A stretch of 64,000 nucleotides of DNA from positions 4,469 to 68,468 of the forward strand of contig JAHFOF010000002.1 in the NCBI GenBank assembly GCA_023266935.1, given 5' to 3'. Under the pieces are notes generated by a model. That model ran no database searches, was not told the DNA's origin, and saw nothing but the letters and a program-made list of their open reading frames with translations. Below are positions 10,401 through 19,786 of this stretch, in pieces. This DNA comes from a bacterium. GTDB lineage: Bacteria; Patescibacteriota; Minisyncoccia; Phycocordibacterales; Zambryskibacteraceae. The position numbers were made by a program, and so were the translations under genes. Every line of letters begins with the position of its first letter. Position 1 is the first letter of the stretch.

Positions 10401-11090
10401 TGTCTTCAAAATATTGTGAATAGCTTCTGCACCAATTCCCGCTTCGAACACTGATGAATATTTTGAACTAAATCGATGATATTCAACTTCATCTAATACT
10501 CGGCCTAGAGTAATCGATTCTATGTCTCTTTTAGTAGCAAGGGCAAGTTCTTTCAAGGCTTCTTTGCTCTTTTCATCTTTAAGATTTTTTATTTTAGCTT
10601 TAAACTCCGAATCAAGATCTTTCAATAAACGAGTTTTCTCTGCTTCGGAAACATTGGTAACAATATATCCAGCAAAATAAATAACCTTTTCAAGATCAGC
10701 TACAGGAATACCCATGACTAATGAGATTCTTGAAGGAACATTTTTGAGGAACCAAATGTGAGCTACTGGTGAAGCCAATTCAATGTGACCCATCCTTTCT
10801 CGACGAACAATCGAACGAGTGATTTCCACTCCACACTTTTCACAAACAATACCTTTGTATCTAATGCCCCGATATTTTCCGCAATAACACTCAAAATCTC
10901 GATCTGGTCCAAAGATTTTTTCATCAAACAATCCGTTTCTTTCACTTCTTTGAGTTCTGTAATTTATGGTCTCTGGTTTGGTTACTTCTCCATATGACCA
11001 CTCTCTGATTCTTTCAGGGGAAGCTAATTTAATAACAATGCTTTCGAAGTTAGTGGTGTCTATATTTTTATTTTTTGGAATTGAAGACAT
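7431..11090 (-). CDS. rpoC: DNA-directed RNA polymerase beta' subunit
   Basis: NADFDGDQMAVHVP catalytic motif, Zn-binding CxxC pairs, and expected length. The start is placed at the internal Met (MSSIPKNK) so it does not overlap rpoB. Confidence 0.95.
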   Translation of the reverse strand: MSSIPKNKNIDTTNFESIVIKLASPERIREWSYGEVTKPETINYRTQRSERNGLFDEKIFGPDRDFECYCGKYRGIRYKGIVCEKCGVEITRSIVRRERMGHIELASPVAHIWFLKNVPSRISLVMGIPVADLEKVIYFAGYIVTNVSEAEKTRLLKDLDSEFKAKIKNLKDEKSKEALKELALATKRDIESITLGRVLDEVEYHRFSSKYSSVFEAGIGAEAIHNILKTVDLVKLQKELEIQLETAPSTEISRLNKRISTIQWMRLANIRPEWMFLTRIPVIPPAIRPMVPLDGGRYATSDVNDLYRRVINRNNRLKKLKEISAPDVILRNEKRILQEAVDALIDNTIRHGTAAGSQSQRRPLKSLSDNLKGKRGLFRQNLLGKRVDYSGRSVIVVGPELKLHQCGLPKHMALELFKPFIISELLKRELAYNIPGARRLIEDAIPEVWSILETIIAGKYVLLNRAPTLHRLGIQAFQPTLIEGNAIQLHPLVCTAFNADFDGDQMAVHVPLSDAAQAEARFIMAADKNILKPGNGNLVLSIDKLDLVLGSYWATRIVNGEKGEGKYFSSPNSAILATDFDALSLRAKIQVLPTDTPKYKAFDGKLFETSVGRLLFNSVLPKDYPFQNYEMNSKKMGSLIDDLIEHYSLEKIPSIIDKIKAFGFKYATRSGTTWSLTDVKIPSAKEALIQGGREDVLKVVDQYDGGLLTEQERIQKTVEKWQSVRGEIEALLPDTLGDKGSVHDLIRSGARGSLGQINQMAGMIGIIQNVAGESLEFPILSCYKEGLTPLEYFITTHGSRKGLTDTALNTAKAGYLTRRLFDVAQDEIVSEDDCGTKESTIISKKTASGIEIPLSKTIKGRFLAKDVTDAKGEILFKKGHFVTKNDAVIIENANIESVEVRSPMTCKSLHGVCVKCYGADLGTNKIVELGEAVGTVAAQAIGEPGTQLTMRTFHAGGVASAAGDITQGLPRVEEIFEKRKPKNPATISHLDGLVSEIRIEGTDRTIILTPELGETKAKKLDNEYSIGPNRTILVKMGDTVKKGEFLTDGSADLDELFRYAGREKAENYIIHEVSKLYELQGAAVSHKHIELIVRQMFSRRKIREAGSTMFTRGDIVEVSDFVDVNNKARENDKEEAKAEAVIMGISEVSLSRSSFLSAASFQHTPRVLIQAAIRGAEDELLGLKENVIIGRMIPAGTGFKGGYKEKLICEAQSIQSKND

Positions 11091-11094
11091 GTGT

Positions 11095-14000
11095 TTATGA
11101 ATTATTGGCACCACTAGTAATATCTTTCGAAGCTGGCAAAGGTTTCGGACCTTTGCTCTTAAGTTCTAGATCAAGGCCGAGCCCGCGAAGATTGTTTAAG
11201 AGAACATTGAACGAAGCCGGAGTTCCTGGTTCACCAATTTTCTCTCCCTTTACAATCGCATCGAAGGCTGCTGAACGACCAAGGATGTCGTCAGATTTGA
11301 TAGTCAACATTTCTCGTAGAGTGTGCCCTGCCCCGTGACCAAGCAACGCCCAAACTTCCATTTCTCCAAATCTTTGTCCTCCGTTCTGTGCCTTTCCTCC
11401 AAGTGGCTGTTGGGTAATAAGAGAATAAGGTCCGATAGAACGCATGTGAATCTTGTCTTCAACCATGTGGTGAAGTTTGAGGATGTACATATAACCTATA
11501 GCTACATCTTGATCAACAGCTTCTCCAGTTCGACCATCAAAGAGTTTGACTTTACCTGTTTTATTGAATCCTGCACTCTCGAGTTCGTTTCTAATTTCTT
11601 CTTCTGTTGCTCCAGCGAACGGAGGAACAATCGCTTGATAGTTCAACGTGTGTGCTGCTAATCCAAGATGCATTTCCAGGATTTGTCCGAGGTTCATACG
11701 GCTAGGCACACCGAGCGGTGTGAGAATAATATCTATAGGAGTGCCATCTGCCATATAAGGCATGTCTTCCACAGGAAGAATCTTTGAGATAACTCCTTTG
11801 TTTCCATGTCGTCCAGCGAGTTTGTCTCCGACCGAAACATTTCTTAATTCGGCAACTTGAACGTGAATTTGTTTAAGAATTCCCGAATCAAGTTTGTCTC
11901 CATTTTCTCTAGAAAAGATTTGAACAGAGATAACTCGACCTCTTTTGCCTCCTTCCATTCTTTTCGAAGTATCCTTTACATCCCTGGCTTTCTCACCAAA
12001 AAGAGAACGGAGTAATCTTTCTTCTGGAGTAAGTTGTGATTCTCCTTTTGGAGTAATTTTCCCAACCAAAATATCTCCTGGGCGAACTTCTGCTCCAACA
12101 CGAATCACGCCATCTTCAGCCAAGTTCTTGAGCTTGCCCTCACCGACGTTTGGAATGTCGCAAGTAGTCACTTCTGGCCCGAGTTTAGTATCACGAACAT
12201 TCACCGTGAAATCTTCAATGTGAATTGAAGTAAATTTGCTGTTTTTAACCAATCTTTCTGAAACAATAATAGCGTCTTCATAGTTTGCTCCTGACCAAGA
12301 CATGAATGCCACGAGGATGTTTTGACCGAGAGCCATTTGACCATGTTCGCTCGATGAAGTATCTGCGAGGACATCACCCTTATCTACTTTCTGCCCAACT
12401 TCAACTGAGGGTCGTTGATGAAATGCGGTAAAACCATTTGTCATCGAGAAATTAACCAATTTGTGTTCATGCTCCTTGCCCGAACTAGTTTTAACTTTTA
12501 TTTTTTTACCATCTACATAAGTTACTGTGCCGTTCACTTCTGATAAGACAAGTCGACCTGTGTCTCTGATAGCTTTATCTTCAACTCCGGTTGCAACAAG
12601 AGGAGCTTCGGGAGTGATACAAGGAGTAGCTTGTTTCTGCATGTTCGAACCCATCAAAGCTCGGCTCGCGTTGTCATGGTTAAGAAATGGAATCATTGAT
12701 GTCACTATAGAGAATGCTTGATTTGTGGCTACATCGATAAAATGCACGTGATCTCTATGAACAGTAACGGGGATACCTTTAGATCGAACTTCAACTATTT
12801 CGGGTATAAGAGAATCATTTATTACTGGAGTCGCAGCGTGAGCAATGTTGTATCCCTCTTCTTCGAGAGCGTTTAAGAATTTTATTTCACCTGTTATCTT
12901 GCCATTCTTCACCACAGCATAAGGTGTCTCAACCATTCCAAAACTGTTCACTCGAGCATAAGAAGCGAGGCGCAAGATAAGTCCGATGTTTGGACCTTCT
13001 GGAGTTTGGATTGGACAAAGTCGTCCATAGTGAGAAGGATGCACATCACGTACTTCATATCCCGCTCGAGCACGATTTAAACCACCAGGTCCAAGCGCTG
13101 AGAGAGTTCGTAGGTGTTCAAGTTCCTCAAGAGCATTTGTCTGTTGCATGAACTGAGAAAGTTGGTTCGTAGTAAAGAACTCTTTCATCCTGGCTTGAAG
13201 TGGCTTTGGGGAAATAAATTGAACTGGAAGAGTAACATCTGTATCAATGGTGGACATTCTGTTTTGAATGTTTCTCTTGATTTGAGCCATACCGACTCGA
13301 ATCTTTTGTTGGAAAAGTTCACCGACATATCGAACTCGACGACTACCAAGGTGATCTATGTCATCCGCCTTCGCACCAGGAGTACTGTTGAGAACTGCGA
13401 TTTGAGCCACGATCATAACCAAATCATCAATAGAAAGTGTTCGACGTTCTATTTCTTTTGGAGTTTCTTTCAAACCGAATCGACGAATAAAAGCATAGCG
13501 TCCAACTTTGTGGATGTCATATCTTTCTGAATCAAAGATAGAGCGCACGAATTCTCGAGCGTTATCTGCAGAAGCGAGGTCTCCATCTCGAAGTCTCTTG
13601 TGAATTTCTATCGCCGCATCATCTTGAGTGAGAGTGTGATCTTTAGCTAAAGTTTTCTCTATAAAGTGTTTAGCTTCTGGTTTCTCTGCAAACAAAGCGA
13701 GAATCTTGTCGTTCGTTGAAGCTCCGAATGCTCTGAAAAGGACAGATACGGGAAATTTTCTTTTTCTATCAATTCGAACATAGATGGTACCGTCTAAATC
13801 TGTCTCAAATTCAATCCAGGCTCCACGACCAGGAATAATCTTTGCTCCAAATGTAGTTCGACCTTTTAATTCTTGAGAAGTAAAGAAAACACCGAAAGAA
13901 CGAGCAAGTTGTGGAACAACTACACGTTCAATACCAGAAACAATAAATGTTCCGTGTGAAGTCATGAGAGGAAAATCTGCCATGAAGATTTCTTGCTCCT

Positions 14001-14337
14001 TCTCAGTCTTCATAATCAGGTTTTTCAAACGCAAACGAACTTTGAGAGGAGCCTCGTAAGAAAGTTTGTTATCCTTGGCTTCATATTCATTGAACTTTGG
14101 TTCAGCTAATTCAAAACCAACAAAATCAAGCTGGAACTTCCTTTCAGAAAAATCTTTGATTGATGAGAATTCTTCAAAAACCTCTTTCAAACCCTTCTCA
14201 ATCAGCCACTTGAATGATTCGACTTGAGAAACCACAAGGTTAGGCATCTCGGTTAGAGGAGCGCGGAACTTCCCGAAATATTTCTTCTCTCGAACACCGC
14301 TTTTGGTGATTTTGCCCTTCACTTTTAATGTATCCAT
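11095..14337 (-). CDS. rpoB: DNA-directed RNA polymerase beta subunit
   Basis: Full-length beta subunit homology throughout (rifampicin-cluster region, C-terminal GGQRFGEMEVWAL). The start is at MDTLKVKG. Confidence 0.95.
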   Translation of the reverse strand: MDTLKVKGKITKSGVREKKYFGKFRAPLTEMPNLVVSQVESFKWLIEKGLKEVFEEFSSIKDFSERKFQLDFVGFELAEPKFNEYEAKDNKLSYEAPLKVRLRLKNLIMKTEKEQEIFMADFPLMTSHGTFIVSGIERVVVPQLARSFGVFFTSQELKGRTTFGAKIIPGRGAWIEFETDLDGTIYVRIDRKRKFPVSVLFRAFGASTNDKILALFAEKPEAKHFIEKTLAKDHTLTQDDAAIEIHKRLRDGDLASADNAREFVRSIFDSERYDIHKVGRYAFIRRFGLKETPKEIERRTLSIDDLVMIVAQIAVLNSTPGAKADDIDHLGSRRVRYVGELFQQKIRVGMAQIKRNIQNRMSTIDTDVTLPVQFISPKPLQARMKEFFTTNQLSQFMQQTNALEELEHLRTLSALGPGGLNRARAGYEVRDVHPSHYGRLCPIQTPEGPNIGLILRLASYARVNSFGMVETPYAVVKNGKITGEIKFLNALEEEGYNIAHAATPVINDSLIPEIVEVRSKGIPVTVHRDHVHFIDVATNQAFSIVTSMIPFLNHDNASRALMGSNMQKQATPCITPEAPLVATGVEDKAIRDTGRLVLSEVNGTVTYVDGKKIKVKTSSGKEHEHKLVNFSMTNGFTAFHQRPSVEVGQKVDKGDVLADTSSSEHGQMALGQNILVAFMSWSGANYEDAIIVSERLVKNSKFTSIHIEDFTVNVRDTKLGPEVTTCDIPNVGEGKLKNLAEDGVIRVGAEVRPGDILVGKITPKGESQLTPEERLLRSLFGEKARDVKDTSKRMEGGKRGRVISVQIFSRENGDKLDSGILKQIHVQVAELRNVSVGDKLAGRHGNKGVISKILPVEDMPYMADGTPIDIILTPLGVPSRMNLGQILEMHLGLAAHTLNYQAIVPPFAGATEEEIRNELESAGFNKTGKVKLFDGRTGEAVDQDVAIGYMYILKLHHMVEDKIHMRSIGPYSLITQQPLGGKAQNGGQRFGEMEVWALLGHGAGHTLREMLTIKSDDILGRSAAFDAIVKGEKIGEPGTPASFNVLLNNLRGLGLDLELKSKGPKPLPASKDITSGANNS

Positions 14338-14563
14338 TAGAAAATTTGAAATGATAGAAAATTCAAACAACACCCAAAAAGGCATTGCTTGTCTTATAAA
14401 TTAAACTTTATTTAGAAACTGTGCAGAAACGAAGTCTTAACAAATCGCCTTGTCACCGCCTCGGCGGGACCCCGCTAAAAGCGGTGGTTTATAGCCATAT
14501 TTTGACTATTTTTGCTTCGGTTCAATCATAACACAATCAGTTCGAAGTACCCAAGAGTCTATA

Positions 14564-15340
14564 TTAATAGCCATTTTCTGTCAATCTGTTATCCCCAGAT
14601 GACTTTTTTGAGATAACTGCAAGAGATACCCCGAATGGGAAATTTATTTTATGAAGAAGAATGGATTCGAATTTAAAAATATAATAGAAAACTTTGTTTA
14701 TAAAACGATTGCCCAATCTGGTCTCATCTTCTGGTTTATATTTATTAGGAATCAATCGGCTGATTAATCGAACAAATAAAATGGGAGGAAATAAAAAAGT
14801 ATTAAAATAAGTTGAGCGAATAATCTTAAAATCTGATTCTTTTAATTTAGAGACCAATTCACTTTTTGTGTATCTTCGAAAATGTTGACTGACTTCATCA
14901 GTTATCCCCCACAAAATCATAAACGCAGGGACGAAGGAGATGAGAATACCATCTGGCTTTAAGACTCTGTGTAGTTCTTTAATCGCCTTTTTATCATCTT
15001 CAATATGTTCGAGCACATCCAACACGAGCACAACATCAAACTGATTATCATTATAAGGAAGTTTCTCCCCCACGCCCTGAACTACATTTTTTAAACCTCT
15101 CTCTTTACAATATTCAACTGCCTTGTAAGAAAAATCTATACCCGAAGCGCGACCATATCTTTCAAGTTCTCCAGTGAGTACCCCTGTCCCACAACCAACA
15201 TCGAGAATTTCTAAATTAGAATTAACTACATCTAATGCGGAATATTTATTTATTAAAAAATGCACTAGTTCCCTTCTCACCTTAAACCACCAGTGATCCT
15301 TTTCTGCCTTATAGTATGAGTCATAATACGATTCTCTCAT
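14564..15340 (-). CDS. Class I SAM-dependent methyltransferase
   Basis: Motif I LDVGCGTGVLT and an acidic motif II (VLDVLEH). Confidence 0.7.
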   Translation of the reverse strand: MRESYYDSYYKAEKDHWWFKVRRELVHFLINKYSALDVVNSNLEILDVGCGTGVLTGELERYGRASGIDFSYKAVEYCKERGLKNVVQGVGEKLPYNDNQFDVVLVLDVLEHIEDDKKAIKELHRVLKPDGILISFVPAFMILWGITDEVSQHFRRYTKSELVSKLKESDFKIIRSTYFNTFLFPPILFVRLISRLIPNKYKPEDETRLGNRFINKVFYYIFKFESILLHKINFPFGVSLAVISKKSSGDNRLTENGY

Positions 15341-16059
15341 CCTTTGAGTCTATACTGAATGAGGTTTTTTATAAACTCATATATGGCTGACAGTTTGACA
15401 TACGAAACTCGATTCTCGTGCTGAAGAAATACGGTTGGGACTTGAGATATTTTAAACTTTAGTTTGGTTGCCTGAATCACAATTTCTGCATCTATAAACC
15501 AATCATCAGAGACTAGATTGAGTTTTTCTAATGCACTACGAGTAAATATTTTTGGTTTAGAGTTCGCATCTAAAATCTTTATATTTGGAAACAGAATTTT
15601 AAAAAAGATATTGTAAATTCTAGAATTGAGTAATCTTTGTAACCCATCTCCGCGCTTGACTCTATATGTTTGGGCCATGTCACCTTTATTCTCAATCAAA
15701 GAATCATACACTCGGACCACATCTTCTGCAGGATTCTGTCCGTCTCCGTCTATGAACAAGACCGTTTGCCCCCTTGCTTCCTTTAACCCCATTCGAACAT
15801 CCCAACCGAATCCGCCTTTTTTTTCTTTGGACACTGGTTTGATATGTGAATCATTTTGGGCTAAATTCTTTAAAATATTCGGTGTCTCATCAGTATCACC
15901 AGGATAAAAATTAGAAACTGGGATTATCTCATACGACACCCCTTTAGCTTCTACCGCTTTTTTAATTTTTGAAAGAAAATCAACTATGGGTTTACCCTCT
16001 TTATAACAAAGAACAACTACAGAAATATCTGGACTCATTTTTTTCTTTTCTTCTTCCAT
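15337..16059 (-). CDS. Family 2 glycosyltransferase (polyprenyl-phosphate sugar transferase-like)
   Basis: GT-A signature ISVVVLCYKE and DxD-like FIDGDGQ. Its stop overlaps the methyltransferase start by 4 nt. Confidence 0.7.
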   Translation of the reverse strand: MEEEKKKMSPDISVVVLCYKEGKPIVDFLSKIKKAVEAKGVSYEIIPVSNFYPGDTDETPNILKNLAQNDSHIKPVSKEKKGGFGWDVRMGLKEARGQTVLFIDGDGQNPAEDVVRVYDSLIENKGDMAQTYRVKRGDGLQRLLNSRIYNIFFKILFPNIKILDANSKPKIFTRSALEKLNLVSDDWFIDAEIVIQATKLKFKISQVPTVFLQHENRVSYVKLSAIYEFIKNLIQYRLKG

Positions 16060-16676
16060 TCGTCAATATTAGCACGATGGCCTGAAAGCAAAATTTTCGG
16101 CACTTTATAAATCTTACCCTTATATTGAAACGCCTCTGGGCGAGTATACGAATCTCCGCCAATACGTTTTTCTTCTAGTGAATCGAAGTTGCCGAGCACT
16201 CCTTCAACTTGTCTGCTGATAACATCGATTAAAAGCATCGCGGGGAGTTCCCCGCCGGTCAGAACAAATGGCCCAACCGAAACTTCTTCTGTTTTAAATA
16301 TTTTTTTTACTCGTGCATCTATACCTTCGTATCGACCACACACGATGATGATATCTTTGAATTTATTGACAACATTCTTTGCATAAGGATTATTAAACTG
16401 TTTTCCGCCTGGAGAAAGAAAAATTATTTTTGGTTTTGATTTAGATTTCTTAACTGCATTTTCAATCGCCTTTATTACTGGTTCAGCTTGGATAACCATC
16501 CCCGGCCCTCCTCCGTATGGTGATCGATCGACACGAGCAAATTTATCCTTAGTGAAATCTCTAGGATTGTAGAAAGAAACTTTTATTTTTTTGTCTTCAA
16601 TTGCCCGTTTCAAAATAGATTCTCCGAGGTACGAATCAAAAGACTTTGGGAATAGAGTAATAATATGGAAATGCAT
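16035..16676 (-). CDS. trmD: tRNA (guanine37-N1)-methyltransferase
   Basis: N-terminus MHFHIITLFPKSF and a SPOUT-fold GGG loop (GGELPAMLLIDV). Confidence 0.85.
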   Translation of the reverse strand: MHFHIITLFPKSFDSYLGESILKRAIEDKKIKVSFYNPRDFTKDKFARVDRSPYGGGPGMVIQAEPVIKAIENAVKKSKSKPKIIFLSPGGKQFNNPYAKNVVNKFKDIIIVCGRYEGIDARVKKIFKTEEVSVGPFVLTGGELPAMLLIDVISRQVEGVLGNFDSLEEKRIGGDSYTRPEAFQYKGKIYKVPKILLSGHRANIDEWKKKRKK

Positions 16677-16691
16677 TTTCTTTTTTTTGGT

Positions 16692-17075
16692 TTAATCCAA
16701 ATTCAAGTCTTCCATCGCCTCGTCGAGTGATTTGGAAGCAACAGGAGTATTCGACGGAGCACTTCGAATATAAGATTCACGTGGGACACCGCCTGCTGGT
16801 TCAGCGATTTTCAAATTCACTCGAGCGTTATTCTTCATACCCACAACACGAAGAAGAATACGAATTGCTTTCGCTGTGTTTCCCGCTCGACCAATCACTT
16901 TACCCATATCATCTGGGTGCACGTCGAGAGTCATCAGCACACCCATCTCATCTACTGTTCTTTTTATTTTGACATCGTTTGGATGTTCAACAAGAGCTTT
17001 CACTACAAATTCAAGAAATTGTGTATCGTCAATCATACTGAAGATCATTAAGGAATAATCTGGATTCGGGAACAA
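16692..17075 (-). CDS. KH-domain RNA-binding protein (KhpA/YlqC-like) in the rpsP-trmD cluster. The start may be an internal Met.
   Basis: KH GxxG loop VIGRAGNTAKAI, and the conserved position between rpsP and trmD. Confidence 0.65.
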   Translation of the reverse strand: MFPNPDYSLMIFSMIDDTQFLEFVVKALVEHPNDVKIKRTVDEMGVLMTLDVHPDDMGKVIGRAGNTAKAIRILLRVVGMKNNARVNLKIAEPAGGVPRESYIRSAPSNTPVASKSLDEAMEDLNLD

Positions 17076-17077
17076 CT

Positions 17078-17470
17078 TTATTCTACCACGGGTTCTGCGG
17101 GTGTTTCAGCTATGGGTTCGGGAACTACTTCTGGCTCTGCTTCCTTGGGTTCATTCACTACGGCTTCAGCAACTACTGGTTCTTCTGCTTTTATTATAGG
17201 TTTTTTCTTTGGGAGCACGTTTATTTTCTTCGCATCAATTATTTTATGAGCCACGAGGAGATTGTGGACAGTGTCTGTGGCAGAAACACCTTTCGCCAAG
17301 AGATCCTTGACTCGACCAACATTAAAAGCCTCTGAGGTCTTACGAAAATCGAAAGAACCGATGATTTCTTTGAATCGTCCGGATTTAGTAGAATTCTTTG
17401 AGTCAGTGAGAACAAGACGAAACGATGGTTCGTGCTTGCGTCCTACCCTTTGAAGTCTCATTTTTAGCAT
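17078..17470 (-). CDS. rpsP: 30S ribosomal protein bS16 with a C-terminal extension
   Basis: MLKMRLQRVGRKHEPSFRLV is a canonical bS16 N-terminus. Confidence 0.85.
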   Translation of the reverse strand: MLKMRLQRVGRKHEPSFRLVLTDSKNSTKSGRFKEIIGSFDFRKTSEAFNVGRVKDLLAKGVSATDTVHNLLVAHKIIDAKKINVLPKKKPIIKAEEPVVAEAVVNEPKEAEPEVVPEPIAETPAEPVVE

Positions 17471-17528
17471 GGGTCATATAGTAGCAATAAAGTAGAACGA
17501 GGTCAATAAGTCTGCTATAGTTAGAAAA

Positions 17529-19451
17529 ATGCCGAAAGAATTAGAAAAACTAAAAGGAATCATAAAAGTCACGGGTAAGGGTGTAGGATACTTCCCTAAC
17601 CCCAAGGACGAAAACAACGATTTTGAAATCCAACCAGAAAGAATAAAAACTGCTTTGTCTGGAGACACTGTCATGGTTAATCCTCTGGGCATAGAAGTTT
17701 ATGGTCGTCAGCAAGCCGAGGTAATTGAAATTGTTGAACGTAAGAAACTTGAATTCGTGGGGACCTTAGAAAAGTCTGCCGAGGGATTTTTTTTCATCGC
17801 CGATGATAAAAAAATGTATAGGGACATTTCTGTTCCTTCAAACAAATCTGCTGGGGCCAAAGACGGAGACAAGGTCCAAGTGAAGATAACTGAATGGACA
17901 GACGCATCAAAGAGCCCGGTTGGAGAAGTCATCCGTCTCATCGGACGCAAGGGTGAACACAACGCTGAAATGCTCGGTATAGTACTCGAACGAGGATTCG
18001 ACGTGGATTTCCCCGCTGATGTAGAAGCCGAAGCAGAATCTTTGAAAAAAAATTTTGCTACAGAGGATCATTTGAAAGATAGACGAGATATCCGAACTAC
18101 TACCACCTTCACCATCGATCCAGCGGATGCCAAAGATTTTGATGATGCGATTTCTTTTAAAAAAATTGATGAAAATAGTTTTGAGATAGGTATTCACATT
18201 GCAGATGTCTCTCACTTTGTTGTACCCAATACAGCTTTGGACAAAGAAGCTCTGCACAGAGGTACGTCCATTTATCTAGTTGATCGTACTATCCCCATGC
18301 TTCCAGAAATCCTTTCAAATGACCTCTGCTCTTTGAATGCAAACGAGGACAAATATGCTTTCTCTTCAATCTTTGTTTTAGATAAAAATGGAGGAGTGAA
18401 AGAAAGATGGTTTGGACGAACACTCATAAATTCAGATAAACGATTTACTTACGAAGAAGCTCAAGAAATTTTGGACAACAAATCTGGAATGTTTTTTGAA
18501 GAACTAAACACTTTGAACCAAATCGCCTATAAACTCAGAGAAGAAAAGTTTAGAAATGGAGCTATAGAATTCGAAACAGAAGAAGTGAAGTTTGAGCTCG
18601 ATTCCCTCGGCAAACCGATTCGAGTTTATAAAAAAGCTCGCAAGGACACGCACAAACTGGTTGAAGATTTTATGTTGCTAGCCAACAGAGAAGTGGCCAA
18701 AGTTCTCGATAGTGCCACAAAGAAAAATGGTAAAGCAGCTGGAGTTTATAGAATCCATGATGCTCCAGATAAAGAAAAGATAGAAAACCTCGCCGAATTT
18801 GTGAAGGCACTCGGATTTGAATTAAAACACAAAAAGGGCGAGACCACCGGTGAAGAAATCTCTAAAATGCTCAAATCAGTCGAGGGAACACCGGTAGAAA
18901 CTCTTATAAAAACAGCCGCTATTCGAAGTATGTCTAAAGCAGTTTATTCTACTTCAAACATCGGACACTTTGGATTGGCTTTTGAATATTATACCCACTT
19001 CACTTCTCCGATTCGTCGATATCCTGATGTGATGGTTCATCGTCTGCTTCAAAGATTCATAATTAATGGGAAAATTGAACAAGATGAAATTTTAAAATAC
19101 CAAAACCTTTGTGATAAAGAGAGTGAACGAGAAATCGAAGCAGCAGATGCTGAACGAGCTTCTATAAAATACAAACAAGTTGAATACATGCAGGAACATG
19201 TAGGTGAAGAATTTGAAGCAATCGTTTCCGGAGTTAGTGAATGGGGTATGTATGTTGAAGAAAATAACACGAAGGCAGATGGGATGGTGAAGCTTCGTGA
19301 TATGACTGATGATTTCTACGAACTTCAACCGAAAATCTATGCGGTGGTTGGTCAAAAAACTGGCAAAAAATATTCTCTTGGAGACAAAGTCCGAGTGAAA
19401 TTAATCTCCGCCGACCCAGAACGCAAGACTCTTGATTTCGTGTTGAGATAA
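17529..19451 (+). CDS. rnr: Ribonuclease R / RNase II family exoribonuclease (RNB domain plus C-terminal S1)
   Basis: RNB catalytic region (DPADAKDFDDAISF, IHIADVSHFV) and a C-terminal S1-like domain. Confidence 0.85.
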   Translation: MPKELEKLKGIIKVTGKGVGYFPNPKDENNDFEIQPERIKTALSGDTVMVNPLGIEVYGRQQAEVIEIVERKKLEFVGTLEKSAEGFFFIADDKKMYRDISVPSNKSAGAKDGDKVQVKITEWTDASKSPVGEVIRLIGRKGEHNAEMLGIVLERGFDVDFPADVEAEAESLKKNFATEDHLKDRRDIRTTTTFTIDPADAKDFDDAISFKKIDENSFEIGIHIADVSHFVVPNTALDKEALHRGTSIYLVDRTIPMLPEILSNDLCSLNANEDKYAFSSIFVLDKNGGVKERWFGRTLINSDKRFTYEEAQEILDNKSGMFFEELNTLNQIAYKLREEKFRNGAIEFETEEVKFELDSLGKPIRVYKKARKDTHKLVEDFMLLANREVAKVLDSATKKNGKAAGVYRIHDAPDKEKIENLAEFVKALGFELKHKKGETTGEEISKMLKSVEGTPVETLIKTAAIRSMSKAVYSTSNIGHFGLAFEYYTHFTSPIRRYPDVMVHRLLQRFIINGKIEQDEILKYQNLCDKESEREIEAADAERASIKYKQVEYMQEHVGEEFEAIVSGVSEWGMYVEENNTKADGMVKLRDMTDDFYELQPKIYAVVGQKTGKKYSLGDKVRVKLISADPERKTLDFVLR

Positions 19452-19496
19452 GAGTAATGTTTATTTCGGAAGTTTCCCCTTTCGTACAGGTGTACT

Positions 19497-19640
19497 ATGG
19501 CCTACAAGAAAAAGGCTCCGAGCAAGGCCTACTTGGCCAAACTCAAAGCAAAGAAGAGCAAGAAGAGGCGTCGGGTTTCTCGGCGGCCTCGTGCCCAGCT
19601 AGTAATCACCATCTACGTTGTAGTCAAGAAGGTGAGATGA
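19497..19640 (+). CDS. Small polybasic protein, 47 aa (MAYKKKAPSKAYLAKLKAKKSKKRRVSRRPRAQLVITIYVVVKKVR), GC-enriched, not in the ORF track. Coordinates are +/-1 nt.
   Basis: ATG is preceded by an AGGTG SD-like element, with a plausible TTGATT-17-TAATGT promoter in the rnr 3' end. The stop is followed 8 nt later by a clean intrinsic terminator. GC is ~50% against a ~37% background. Confidence 0.4.
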   Translation: MAYKKKAPSKAYLAKLKAKKSKKRRRVSRRPRAQLVITIYVVVKKVR

Positions 19641-19647
19641 TTCACAG

Positions 19648-19670
19648 CCCGCTAACCAGCGGGTTTTTTA
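19648..19670 (+). terminator. Intrinsic terminator (CCCGCT-AACC-AGCGGG plus TTTTTT)
   Basis: A 6-bp stem, 4-nt loop and 6-T run read directly. Confidence 0.6.
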
Positions 19671-19709
19671 TTTGTTAAATTCAACTTCATCATTAAGCCC
19701 AAATTTTAT

Positions 19710-19729
19710 CACTACATTATAATGTAGTG
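19710..19729. promoter_or_regulatory. Perfect 20-bp palindrome CACTACATTATAATGTAGTG centred on TATAAT (operator-like), downstream of the YerC-like regulator gene
   Basis: The sequence equals its own reverse complement. A second copy, matching 19 of 20 positions, sits at 20200..20219 in the regulator's promoter. Confidence 0.6.
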
Positions 19730-19786
19730 TATTAAGGTTTTGTAATACGAAATAGTTAGATAAACAATGGACACAATCAACGGGGA

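Noticed and set aside
7492-13530. Numerous 60-140-aa ORFs on the plus strand inside rpoC and rpoB
   Set aside because: They are antisense to long, unambiguous RNAP subunit genes. These are typical shadow ORFs.
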